A DNA stretch of 11,033 nt, from assembly GCA_038884755.1 (NCBI GenBank), contig JAWABJ010000005.1, positions 1 through 11,033 on the forward strand, given 5' to 3'. A program made the translations under genes and the position numbers. The stretch comes from Candidatus Norongarragalinales archaeon (lineage in GTDB: Archaea > Micrarchaeota > Micrarchaeia > Norongarragalinales > Norongarragalinaceae). Shown in pieces: positions 1 through 8,627 of this stretch. Numbering within the stretch: the stretch's first letter is position 1; the number at the start of each line of letters is the position of its first letter. The notes under the pieces were generated by a model. It did not search any database. It saw only the letters and a program-made list of their open reading frames with translations, and was not told the origin of the DNA.

Positions 1-4
1 TAAC

Positions 5-385
5 ATGAACAACGAACTTGATTTTGCCATCGCCACGCGAACATTCTTCATCAAGCGATTTGGCCAACACAGCCCGTACACGCGCACGCTTGAGAGCGCC
101 ATCAGGGTGGCTTTTGGTCAAAAAGGCATCAACGCCTTGCATAACTCAAGCCCTTACGCTAAGGAGGAAAGCACACAATCGTCATCCACAACTTCGCGCG
201 TACTGTTCGCAAGCGGTCAGAAGTTTGAGGAGCCAGACGCTGAGGCAACAAAAAAAAAGCATCAAGAGCGTCCGGAGCCTTCTCCTCGAAGACGGCGAAG
301 TGGCAAAAAAGGTGCTGCGGATGATGCCGACGAAAACCTAGTGCAACATCAACCCACCGACGCCTGGCCCGTCGAAGAAGAGTGA
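5..385 (+). CDS. Hypothetical phage protein, 126 aa, with a charged and probably disordered C-terminal half
   Basis: ATG follows a TAA at 1-3 (possibly the upstream gene's stop). The stop lies 6 nt before the next ATG at 392, fitting operon packing. No recognisable domain. Confidence 0.7.
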   Translation: MNNELDFAIATRTFFIKRFGQHSPYTRTLESAIRVAFGQKGINALHNSSPYAKEESTQSSSTTSRVLFASGQKFEEPDAEATKKKHQERPEPSPRRRRSGKKGAADDADENLVQHQPTDAWPVEEE

Positions 386-391
386 ACGCGC

Positions 392-1252
392 ATGACGACG
401 ATTAAGCTCATACACAAAAGCGGCGCTACAATCGCAACCCTTCCAAAGTACAGCAGCTTGTACGATGTTCCGCTGTCAAACGCCATAGACTTCCTGGTGG
501 CGACGCGGCCGCTTCACGTAGATGGCGGCGAAGAAGGCAAGGAACGATTGAACACGTCGCGCGTCATTACCCAAAGCGTTTGTGCCTTCTACTCGCTCGA
601 CCTGACAACCATCCTAAACGCCATCGGCGTAGATGATGAAGGCGAAATCATCGCATTCGACACCCTGTTCGCGTACATAGCTGACCTCCTTGCCTCCTTC
701 AGTGGCGGCGTGCGCTCCATTGACGACGGTCGCTTCACGCTGGGCGGCGAAACGTTTGTCATCAACGCCCTTGCCGCTCGCACATTGACTGCGCTGCCAA
801 ACCTTCCGCAAGGGCTTACTGTGCAAGAAGCCATCGAGGCCTACGAGGTCGCACGCATCGCACAGGTGCGCCAGCGGGACGGCGATGTGGATGGCTCAGC
901 GCTGTACACATATTATCTAAACCTTTGCGCAATCCTCCTCCGCAAAGAGGGTGAAGAGTTGCCACTGAGCGAGGCCGAGCTTGACGATTTCATACAGACG
1001 CGCACGCAGTTCTTCCACGACCTGCCGCTTAGCGCCGGCGTCGCATTAGATGTTGATTTTTTTTTCGGCGCGCTGATGAAGCCGCCCGAGCAGACCCGCG
1101 CAGCCGTTGGTTCTTTGAGCAACCTCCTTTTCAGCCTCGCTCTAGCGACATCAAGAGCAGGCAGGCGGAAATCGAGGCGTACACCAACGCAGTCGAGCGC
1201 TCAAAAGCAGCCTTCGAGCGCGTCGGCTGGCGATATCTTTACGCAAAACTAG
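392..1252 (+). CDS. Probable tail assembly chaperone, 0-frame product (gpG-like), 286 aa
   Basis: Acidic, helical-looking protein in a tail operon upstream of the TMP. Contains GAT TTT TTT TTC (D-F-F-F) at 1055-1066. The 61 aa after this site are low-complexity S/R/Q-rich. Confidence 0.72.
   Translation: MTTIKLIHKSGATIATLPKYSSLYDVPLSNAIDFLVATRPLHVDGGEEGKERLNTSRVITQSVCAFYSLDLTTILNAIGVDDEGEIIAFDTLFAYIADLLASFSGGVRSIDDGRFTLGGETFVINALAARTLTALPNLPQGLTVQEAIEAYEVARIAQVRQRDGDVDGSALYTYYLNLCAILLRKEGEELPLSEAELDDFIQTRTQFFHDLPLSAGVALDVDFFFGALMKPPEQTRAAVGSLSNLLFSLALATSRAGRRKSRRTPTQSSAQKQPSSASAGDIFTQN
1057..1066 (+). other. Slippery site T9-C (T TTT TTT / T TTT TTC) for -1 ribosomal frameshifting or transcriptional slippage
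   Basis: Nine consecutive T at 1057-1065, in X XXY YYZ phase with the 392 frame, located exactly where the -1 frame opens. Confidence 0.78.
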
Positions 1253-1365
1253 TCGAGATGAACTACTTTTACACAGCCGGGCTAAGCCCTATCGCATCGG
1301 TTTACAAAGCACCCTTCATTGACGCCGCGCGCTTGCTTTCGCGCATCAACGCATCGAACGTATGA
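1057..1365 (+). CDS. -1 frame extension of the chaperone (gpGT-like); fusion 392..~1063 + 1063..1365, about 324 aa
   Basis: Manual translation of the -1 frame: FFFRRADEAARADPRSRWFFEQPPFQPRSSDIKSRQAEIEAYTNAVERSKAAFERVGWRYLYAKLVEMNYFYTAGLSPIASVYKAPFIDAARLLSRINASNV*. Bounded upstream by TGA at 1054-1056, no start codon until ATG 1258, and its stop TGA 1363-1365 overlaps ATG 1362. Confidence 0.8.
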   Translation, partial: FFFRRADEAARADPRSRWFFEQPPFQPRSSDIKSRQAEIEAYTNAVERSKAAFERVGWRYLYAKLVEMNYFYTAGLSPIASVYKAPFIDAARLLSRINASNV

Positions 1366-2093
1366 CGCCAACGCTTGACACCTACTTCGCCGCCTTCCGC
1401 GACGCCGCAAGGTTCCACAGGCCTCCATCGACGCTGAGGTGCGAGCGCATCAACTCGTTCAGGGTTTTTCAGCAGTCTATGGCTGCAGAGATGTCAACGC
1501 AAACGCTTGGCGCGACGATTTGCGACAAAGGCAAACCCTACTTCTTTTCAAGGCTTTGGGAAGAGAAGCAGTTCAACCCAAACGCTATCGCCTTCGACTT
1601 CCCAATGCTCTTCATCTTTGAAGTCGAAGCAACTGCAAGAATGACGGCAATTGAAGACGGCGTCGTCATTGTCAGCCACAGGCTGCAAGTTGGTGTGGTT
1701 GATGTGTATGTAGAACCAAAGGCAACTTCTACATATTGTGCAGGTTGCGAAGGACGAACGGTAAACGAGATTTACAAGTCAACAGAGCAGCTACTGTACT
1801 ACGCGCTCAAGTTTGTCGCGAACGTTGGCGCGTCCATCAGACCGGACGGTCTAAAGTACATCGTACATCGCAGCGCATGCGATGCGTGCGATGACTTTGA
1901 GCCATTGCGCCTGCTCAACGACACCACTCTCGAACCCGTCGTCCGCATCGAGCGGCCTGCAGAACGCATATACGGAACAGCGACCTTCATCCGGGCAACA
2001 GCAAATCACTGCTTGACGTCAGACGACGTTGCCTTCGACGTCAAGTACTTTGGAACGCTAAGCCACGAAGCTGGCTGCTCAAACTGTCAATGA
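1362..2093 (+). CDS. Cys-rich phage protein, possibly tail terminator/completion type, 243 aa
   Basis: ATGA overlaps at both ends (1362-1365 and 2090-2093). Alternating helix/strand pattern (FDFPMLFIFE, LQVGVVDV, IYGTATFIRA), adjacent to a gp10-like gene. Function is positional inference. Confidence 0.6.
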   Translation: MTPTLDTYFAAFRDAARFHRPPSTLRCERINSFRVFQQSMAAEMSTQTLGATICDKGKPYFFSRLWEEKQFNPNAIAFDFPMLFIFEVEATARMTAIEDGVVIVSHRLQVGVVDVYVEPKATSTYCAGCEGRTVNEIYKSTEQLLYYALKFVANVGASIRPDGLKYIVHRSACDACDDFEPLRLLNDTTLEPVVRIERPAERIYGTATFIRATANHCLTSDDVAFDVKYFGTLSHEAGCSNCQ

Positions 2094-2617
2094 TGGCACT
2101 CGAAACAGCACTTTTGCAAGAACTAAGCAAAATCTCAGACCTACTCAAGGGCGAGCTTTCTGCGCAAGGGCACCGCAACACCGGTAGCCTTGAGCGCTCG
2201 TTCACGCAAGAAGTTAGACGCGAGGGCGGATTGCTCATTGGCACGATAAAAGCCAACGACTACGCTATCCACCTCGAGTTCGGCGTGCCGGCGAGCCGCA
2301 TCCCGTTCTCGCCAGGCTCAGGAGCTAAGTCGAGCAAGTACATCGCAGGCCTAATCAACTACTTCACAACGAAAGGCCTCGCATCAAACGATGCACGCAG
2401 CGCCGCATTCGCAACAGCCTATGTGCACAAACGCGAAGGCATGCCTACCAGAGCCAGCTTCGCCTACTCATCAAACGGCAGACGCACGGGCTTCATGAGA
2501 ACGACGCTGACGCAGTACCTGCCAACGCTTGTGAACAACCTTCAGGCAGCCGGCGCGCAAGAAGTAAACGTCCAAATCGCCGGCAACACTTTCGCGCTAA
2601 ACCTGCAAATCATCTGA
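2090..2617 (+). CDS. HK97 gp10-like tail completion/neck protein, 175 aa
   Basis: Basic protein with GHRNTGSLERSF followed by DYAIHLEFG, resembling the 'TG.L..S ... YA..vEfG' pattern of HK97 gp10-like proteins (recalled, not searched). Confidence 0.6.
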   Translation: MMALETALLQELSKISDLLKGELSAQGHRNTGSLERSFTQEVRREGGLLIGTIKANDYAIHLEFGVPASRIPFSPGSGAKSSKYIAGLINYFTTKGLASNDARSAAFATAYVHKREGMPTRASFAYSSNGRRTGFMRTTLTQYLPTLVNNLQAAGAQEVNVQIAGNTFALNLQII

Positions 2618-2621
2618 CCCG

Positions 2622-5600
2622 ATGGCACAGCGAGTACTAATTCAAATTCAAGTCGAAGACGCCGACATTGTAGCCAAAATCGAGGCCTTGCGCGCGCGCC
2701 TTCGCGACGTAGCGAAAGAGATGCGCGCAAATCCTGGCCCAGAACGCTTCCGCGAACTCGCAGAAGAGATGGCAAAGGGCCGGCGCGAACTCGCTGAACT
2801 GAACGCAAAGCAGCGCGAACTAAACAGAGAGTTCTCTGCAGCAAAGTTACCAAAAGACAGCCTCGTGGCACTGAGGCTCGAGTACTCCAAATTAACCAAG
2901 CAAGTAGCCGAGCTATCCAAAGCTGAACGAGAAAGCGAATTCGGTCAGAAGTTGATAAAAGAGGCCGCGCGCATAAAAAAAGAGATAGACGGCGTCGAGC
3001 AGTCTCTTGGCCGCTTCACCGGCAACGTAGGGAATTACAAGTCAGCGCTTATCGGGTTAGGCAACGTCATGGCGGCCATTGGTGTCGGGTTTAGCGTCGG
3101 CGAAATCGTCAACCAAAATGCTTTGCTGTCTGACGCCGTCGCAAACGTTGCAAAAACAACAGGACTTGCCGTGTCCGAAGCCGACAAGGTCAGGCAGTCG
3201 CTCGAAAAAATTGACACCAGGACGTCGGTGCTGAACCTTTTGAAAATCGCAGAGATAGGCGGGCAGTTGGGCATCGCTGGAAAAGACATAGAGAGATTCA
3301 CCATCGCCGTTGACAAGCTGAACGTTGCGCTTGGCGACGCCTTCGGCGGCAACGTCGAAGAGCTGACGCGCGTCATCGCTGGAATCCGAAACTCGCTTGC
3401 AGACTTTCGCACCGACGACGCCGCCGACGACATGCTTCGCATCGGCAACGCACTAAACTTCCTCGAAAGTCAAGGCAGCGCAACGGCTCCAGTAATCTCG
3501 GATTTTGTCAGCCGCATCTCAGGCATCGCAGGCCCGCTTGGAGTAACCACCGAGCAAATATTCGGACTGTCCACCGCGCTAGCCGAGCTGAACGTCAGCC
3601 CAGAGCGAGGCGCTACGGCCGTGTCGAGGCTCCTTCAAGAGATAGCAAAAGCGCCAGAAGCATTTGCCTCATCACTTGGGTTCAGCGGCAAGCAGCTCGA
3701 TGAGTTCATACAAACAGCTAACAAAGACCTGGTAGGCGCGCTTGCCATTGTCTCTAAAGCGCTAGCAGAAGGAGGTGATGGCACAAAAAACTTCGCGCAA
3801 GCGCTCGACGAGATAGGCATTGGCCAGGCCGGCGCAATAGAGGTGCTTGGAAAGCTAGGTCAGGGCACCGAACTGCTTACCAAGCGCATCGAACAAAGTT
3901 CTGCGGCCTTGCAAGGCACCGACAGCCTGCTAGAAGAGTTCGACAAAAAGAATAACAATGCCGCAGCAGCAGTTGACAAACTGCAAAAGGCATTCCTAAA
4001 CCTCATCACCGGTGAGGGCGCTCAAACTGCAATACAGGTAGTAGCCGAAGCGCTATCAGACCTGCTCAAGGTGCTTGAAAGCACACTAAACCTGGTGTTC
4101 GACAACGCCGAAGAGTTTGGAACGCTAACCGGCGTAATGTTCGCCTTCAGCAAGCCAGGCAAGATAGCCAGCGAAACGCTTCGCTCGATAGCTATCTCTT
4201 CGCAAACAGCCACCGCCGCAACCGTCCGACAGACTATCGCGACGCAAGCGTCAACGGCAGCCACGCGCGCACTCGCTGCAGCACAAGCAGCACTGCCTCT
4301 GCTCGCCGTCGTCGCCGGCATCTACGCAATAGTCAAAGCGTTCGAGGTGTACAACGAAAACCTTAGCGCGTCCGCCAAGGCGACGAAGGCCGTCGAAGAA
4401 GCGCAAAAGTCCATCGCCGAAAGCAGCGCAGCCGAAATAGCCGCCGTCGAGCGCTCAATAGCTGTTCTTCAAAGCGCAACGGCGACACAAAACGAGCGCG
4501 CAAAAGCAATCAAAGAGCTAACAGCTAAGTACCCAGACTATCTTGAAGGGATAAACTTAGAAATACAGAGCGCCGAAGCGCTTACAAAAATCCAGCGCGA
4601 GCTAACTGAAGAGATTATCCGCTCTGCTGCCGCACGCGCGAAGGCCCGCGCGCAAGAAGAGATAACAGCAAAAATCGTCGAACAAAGGCTCAAAATTGCA
4701 GAGGAAGAAAAGAAAGCTGCAGATGGCCGCAGGACGGTGTTCGTAACAAACGAACAAATCATTGAGCGCGAACGCAACAAGCTCGCCGAACTAGAAGAGC
4801 AACTCGAGCAGACCGGCAAAAAGTTCGATGAAGCCTTCAACTTAGACAAACCACGCAAGTCTAGCGTCATCGAAATCGTTGACCCGAAGAGCCTAAAACA
4901 GCAAGAAGCAAAAGCCGTCGAGCAGGCAAGGGCTGTTGCTACCTCCATAAGCAAAGAGGAAAACCGCGCGCAGGAAAAAGCCATCGCCGACCGCAGAAAG
5001 CGAGAAGAAGAGGCGTTGCGCCGACAGGAAGCGCAAGCCAAGCGACTGCTTGACATCCAGCGCAACGTGCGCAACCTGTCCATCGTCGAGGAAGGCAAGT
5101 ACCAGCAACAAATCGCCGAACTCGAAGAGAAGCGCGCGCGTGCGCTTGAAGAAAATGAGCAGCGCATAGCTACACTACGAAAGTCAATCGAAGAGCGCAC
5201 CGGAAAGCGCATAGACGCGCAAACAACAGAAGAGATACGCAAACTACCTGACGCCAAGCCGGCAGACATCACCGAAGCAGACCTCATAGACAAAGAGAGT
5301 GAAGCAATCAAGCAGTCATTCGATAGGCAGCGTCAACTAATCGAACAAGAACGCAAAGCATCACTCGAACGCCGCGAACAGGTGTTGCGAACTCAACTGC
5401 TTGAAGTCGCCAAAATAGAAGCTGAAACCGAACGCGCATCAGCGGAAGTTGCACTGAGCGAACTACAATCATCCTTCGACAAACGCCGCAAGGTCATTGA
5501 GCAGGAGACGGAGCAGAGAAAGCGCGACATTCGCACACTGTCAGCAAAGGGCGAAATCAGTGAGCGCGAACAAGCTCAAAGAGAAATCGAAATCAACATT

Positions 5601-6971
5601 GAAGCGAACACGCGCAAACTGTTGCTCGAGCGCGAATACGCCCAGCGTGTCAGCGAAATCGTTGAGCAAGTTAAGCAAGTGCGCATAGCCGCAGCGAAGG
5701 CCGAACTTGAGGTTCAGCTTGAGACTATCAGACAAAGAGAACAGGCTGACGTCGAATCTGCATTGCAGGAGCAGAAAGACCTTGGCGTCGACAACGCAGA
5801 CAAAGTCGCAGCCATCCGAGCAAGGGCGGCTGCCGAAGCTATTGCTGCAGAAAAAGCATTCGCTCAATCCGTCAAGGAAGCCACAACCCAAAGCGAGCAA
5901 GTCCAACTTGATGCAATCGAATCCATCAACGCAGCTCAACAAGCTGCGCACGAGGCCGAACTTGCTCGCATCGAAGAGCAGGCCGCCAGACGAAAAGAAC
6001 TTCGCGACCTAGCCCTCGACGTGGCAGGCGATTTGAGCAGCAAACTCTTTGAAATAAACCGAAACAACCTGCAGATTGAAACGGAAGAGCGGATAAAAGC
6101 GATTGACATTGAGTTCGAGGCGAAGAAGAAGCGCGCTGGACAAAATCAAAAAGCCATTGAGCGCCTTGAGGCCGAGCAGGCCAAGCGCAAGGAAGAGGTC
6201 GAAAGGCAGGTCGCCGAAAAGCGCAGGCAGATAGCCATCATCGAGGCAATCATCAACACCGCCATCTCCGTCGCGCGCGTGGCTTACAACCCTATCCTTG
6301 CAGCCGCCACAGCTGCACTCGGAGCTGTGCAAATAGCCGTCATCAAGTCGCAGCGCTTCGCGAAGGGCGGCAGGGTGTTCAAGCTTGACGATGACAACAC
6401 CGGCATCTACACCGTTAGCGAGTGGAAAGCTATGCCCGACCTTACGAGCGGCGGGTTCACTAGGCCGGCAGGGCGTATAGACGACACCGGCCACCGCATC
6501 GCCGGCAAACTTCCTCACCGTAATGCCGTCGTGCATGAGGGCGAGTACGTAGCGCCAGCGTGGATGGTCAAGCAAATGCCGGCGCTCTTTGAGCGACTGG
6601 AGCGCATGCGCACAAGCCGGTCGTCGGCGTCATTTGCAGAAATAACGACGGCAAAAGCTCAAACTCTTAGTCGTCATGTCTATGCAGACGCAAGGTTCGC
6701 GAACTTCAAACACATCTTCGCCGGACGCTTCCAGCAGGGCGGGTTTGCAACGCAGTCGCCGGTAGTCATCAGCCAGCCCGTGCAGCCTCAGGCGCAAACT
6801 GTCGAGGTCAACGCTATTGCCGCGTTCAACGAAGAGCAAGTCCGGCAACTTGCTGAGCGCATAGCCCAAGAGGCGGCAATCGCCCTTCGCCGATCGCTCG
6901 CCGAAGGGCTTAACGATGCCAATCGCAGGCTTGAGCGAGAGGAAGCGCTTGAGCAGCGCCGAACTGTATAA
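2622..6971 (+). CDS. Phage tail tape measure protein (TP901-like core), 1449 aa
   Basis: N-terminal coiled coil ending RFTGNVGNY. TP901-type core (VAKTTGL...LLKIAEIGGQLGI...ERFTIAVDKLNVALGD...ERGATAVSRLL). Long A/E/K/Q/R-rich helical region, hydrophobic segments, and a C-terminal FAKGG...VVHEGEYV motif. Confidence 0.95.
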   Translation: MAQRVLIQIQVEDADIVAKIEALRARLRDVAKEMRANPGPERFRELAEEMAKGRRELAELNAKQRELNREFSAAKLPKDSLVALRLEYSKLTKQVAELSKAERESEFGQKLIKEAARIKKEIDGVEQSLGRFTGNVGNYKSALIGLGNVMAAIGVGFSVGEIVNQNALLSDAVANVAKTTGLAVSEADKVRQSLEKIDTRTSVLNLLKIAEIGGQLGIAGKDIERFTIAVDKLNVALGDAFGGNVEELTRVIAGIRNSLADFRTDDAADDMLRIGNALNFLESQGSATAPVISDFVSRISGIAGPLGVTTEQIFGLSTALAELNVSPERGATAVSRLLQEIAKAPEAFASSLGFSGKQLDEFIQTANKDLVGALAIVSKALAEGGDGTKNFAQALDEIGIGQAGAIEVLGKLGQGTELLTKRIEQSSAALQGTDSLLEEFDKKNNNAAAAVDKLQKAFLNLITGEGAQTAIQVVAEALSDLLKVLESTLNLVFDNAEEFGTLTGVMFAFSKPGKIASETLRSIAISSQTATAATVRQTIATQASTAATRALAAAQAALPLLAVVAGIYAIVKAFEVYNENLSASAKATKAVEEAQKSIAESSAAEIAAVERSIAVLQSATATQNERAKAIKELTAKYPDYLEGINLEIQSAEALTKIQRELTEEIIRSAAARAKARAQEEITAKIVEQRLKIAEEEKKAADGRRTVFVTNEQIIERERNKLAELEEQLEQTGKKFDEAFNLDKPRKSSVIEIVDPKSLKQQEAKAVEQARAVATSISKEENRAQEKAIADRRKREEEALRRQEAQAKRLLDIQRNVRNLSIVEEGKYQQQIAELEEKRARALEENEQRIATLRKSIEERTGKRIDAQTTEEIRKLPDAKPADITEADLIDKESEAIKQSFDRQRQLIEQERKASLERREQVLRTQLLEVAKIEAETERASAEVALSELQSSFDKRRKVIEQETEQRKRDIRTLSAKGEISEREQAQREIEINIEANTRKLLLEREYAQRVSEIVEQVKQVRIAAAKAELEVQLETIRQREQADVESALQEQKDLGVDNADKVAAIRARAAAEAIAAEKAFAQSVKEATTQSEQVQLDAIESINAAQQAAHEAELARIEEQAARRKELRDLALDVAGDLSSKLFEINRNNLQIETEERIKAIDIEFEAKKKRAGQNQKAIERLEAEQAKRKEEVERQVAEKRRQIAIIEAIINTAISVARVAYNPILAAATAALGAVQIAVIKSQRFAKGGRVFKLDDDNTGIYTVSEWKAMPDLTSGGFTRPAGRIDDTGHRIAGKLPHRNAVVHEGEYVAPAWMVKQMPALFERLERMRTSRSSASFAEITTAKAQTLSRHVYADARFANFKHIFAGRFQQGGFATQSPVVISQPVQPQAQTVEVNAIAAFNEEQVRQLAERIAQEAAIALRRSLAEGLNDANRRLEREEALEQRRTV

Positions 6972-6995
6972 ACAACCGAACACGCACCTATAATT

Positions 6996-8621
6996 ATGGC
7001 AATCCAAGTACTCGAATCTCCTCCAGCCCAGCCGGTAGCGCTTTCAGACTGCTTTTATTGGAAGCTGCAGCCGCAGACGTCGGACATGTTCACCACCGTA
7101 GGGAGCAAGGCTACTGTCGTGCTTACGTTCAACGCAAACCCAAGCGCGCCAGCCGACGGCACTCAGTTCACACTTTGGGGGCAAACGCTTGAGGTGCAGA
7201 GCGCGCAAGATAGCACGCCATACTCCTTCAAGGTGTACAGCGGCAACGCGAACGCGACTATCAACGCTTTCTACGCGATGCTGCTTTCAAATTACATCTT
7301 CATCAACGCAACAACCGTAGAGGTCAATTACACGACGAACACTATCACGATAACCTGGAACGATTGCGGCGAGCAGCCCAACTTTGCCGCCGCACAGATG
7401 AACTTCAGTGCGCTGTCGTCGGTGTTGAGCGCTAACGTTACCAACGGCACGACGCCAGTGTTGCGCGACAATTTCAAGGTGTTGCTCAGGCTTTGGCGCA
7501 ACGACATCGTTGGCAGCAATGGCGGGTTCGTTACCGCCTTCGAGGCGGTGTCACCGCAGGGCGCTTGTTCGACACCGAACGTCATCACCTTCGACGCGAT
7601 GCCCATCGCGCGCCAGATGCTCATGACGCGAATACCTCAAATTGACAGCAACGCGCACCCTGTTGTCGGGCACGATGGGCCTATGCAGTACTTCTCGCTA
7701 CATCACGGTTACACATACAACGACGGCGCAGAAGTCAGGTCTGGCGAGTTCACTTCAACAGTCCCTCGAGCAGTTCTTAACGCTTACTTCGAGCCAAACG
7801 ACGCATACAAGATGCGCCGCTTTTGGCCGGGCGCCGCAGGCGGCTATCCTCCATTCCAAACGCACCGGAAGTGGCTGACCTCGAAGCCGCTCTATCATCA
7901 CATCCTGCGAACGAGCAGAGCCTGGCTGTGGTACATGGTGAACGAGGCTATCGAGACCATCGGCGCTTTAGAGGCTCGGTTCGTTGTGGACTTGGGCAGC
8001 TCTACGCCGGTGCATGATGTCGTCGTGCCAAACTCGCAGTACGGCGTTAACGCTGTGAACGTGTCGCCTGCCTATGTCGCGTCGTTGATTGGTCATCCTG
8101 TCGAAAGCATCAAGAGCTACTTCGTAACAGTGCGCAACAACGGCGTGCAAATAACTGAGGCGACCAACTTCACAATGGTTGACGAATGCAAGCCAAACGC
8201 ATACACCGACGTGTATTTCTTGGGCAAATACGGCGGCATCGAGACGATGGCAGTCGAAATCGTTGAGGAAGGTGTAAGCCAGGACGCCGAAGAGGCATTG
8301 ACCTCTATCGCGTGCGGAGCAGGTCGATTTAACCTTGCCGCCTACGGCGGTCGCACGCTCACCGGCGTGCGCTCGTTCCAAACATTCAAACTTAGGGCGC
8401 TGGACAACAGGCCTGTAGCGCTTGAGTTCTTTCGGCACATGCGCGCTTCGCCGCAGCGGTGGATACGCCTTACCGACGACGCCGGCAAGCCGATTGCGTG
8501 GAAGCTGCTTGTTGATGCCGGCAGCGTAACCATCAAAGAAGCTGGCGGCTCTGTCGAACTACTGTTCAGCGGCAAGCTTAACGACACGCCTGTGCAGCGA
8601 GGCAATGAACCTGAATTTTAG
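6996..8621 (+). CDS. Post-TMP virion structural protein (distal tail/baseplate candidate), 541 aa
   Basis: Directly follows the TMP. Beta-rich T/N/V composition. C-terminal VYFLGKYGGIETM resembles the 'YFLN..GG.DT' motif I recall from post-TMP proteins of Bacteroidota phages. Confidence 0.7.
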   Translation: MAIQVLESPPAQPVALSDCFYWKLQPQTSDMFTTVGSKATVVLTFNANPSAPADGTQFTLWGQTLEVQSAQDSTPYSFKVYSGNANATINAFYAMLLSNYIFINATTVEVNYTTNTITITWNDCGEQPNFAAAQMNFSALSSVLSANVTNGTTPVLRDNFKVLLRLWRNDIVGSNGGFVTAFEAVSPQGACSTPNVITFDAMPIARQMLMTRIPQIDSNAHPVVGHDGPMQYFSLHHGYTYNDGAEVRSGEFTSTVPRAVLNAYFEPNDAYKMRRFWPGAAGGYPPFQTHRKWLTSKPLYHHILRTSRAWLWYMVNEAIETIGALEARFVVDLGSSTPVHDVVVPNSQYGVNAVNVSPAYVASLIGHPVESIKSYFVTVRNNGVQITEATNFTMVDECKPNAYTDVYFLGKYGGIETMAVEIVEEGVSQDAEEALTSIACGAGRFNLAAYGGRTLTGVRSFQTFKLRALDNRPVALEFFRHMRASPQRWIRLTDDAGKPIAWKLLVDAGSVTIKEAGGSVELLFSGKLNDTPVQRGNEPEF

Positions 8622-8627
8622 CGAGCC

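Noticed and set aside
18..341. Alternative + strand 107-aa ORF
   Set aside because: Fully overlaps 5-385, has a non-ATG start and fits neighbouring genes less well.
1258..1365. Independent 35-aa ORF from ATG 1258
   Set aside because: It is the tail of the -1 frame that is already open and protein-like from 1057, better explained by frameshifting.
2690..2699. Alternating GC run GCGCGCGCGC
   Set aside because: Explained by Leu-Arg-Ala-Arg codons in a sequence where GCGC is frequent.
6989..6994. TATAAT in the gap after the TMP
   Set aside because: Only 1 nt from the ATG at 6996, too close for a -10 element, with no convincing -35. More likely an AT-rich translation initiation region.
2542..7007. 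Many minus-strand ORFs up to 257 aa opposite the TMP
   Set aside because: Antisense shadows with S/L/F/R-rich composition expected from the complement of E/K/Q/A codons.
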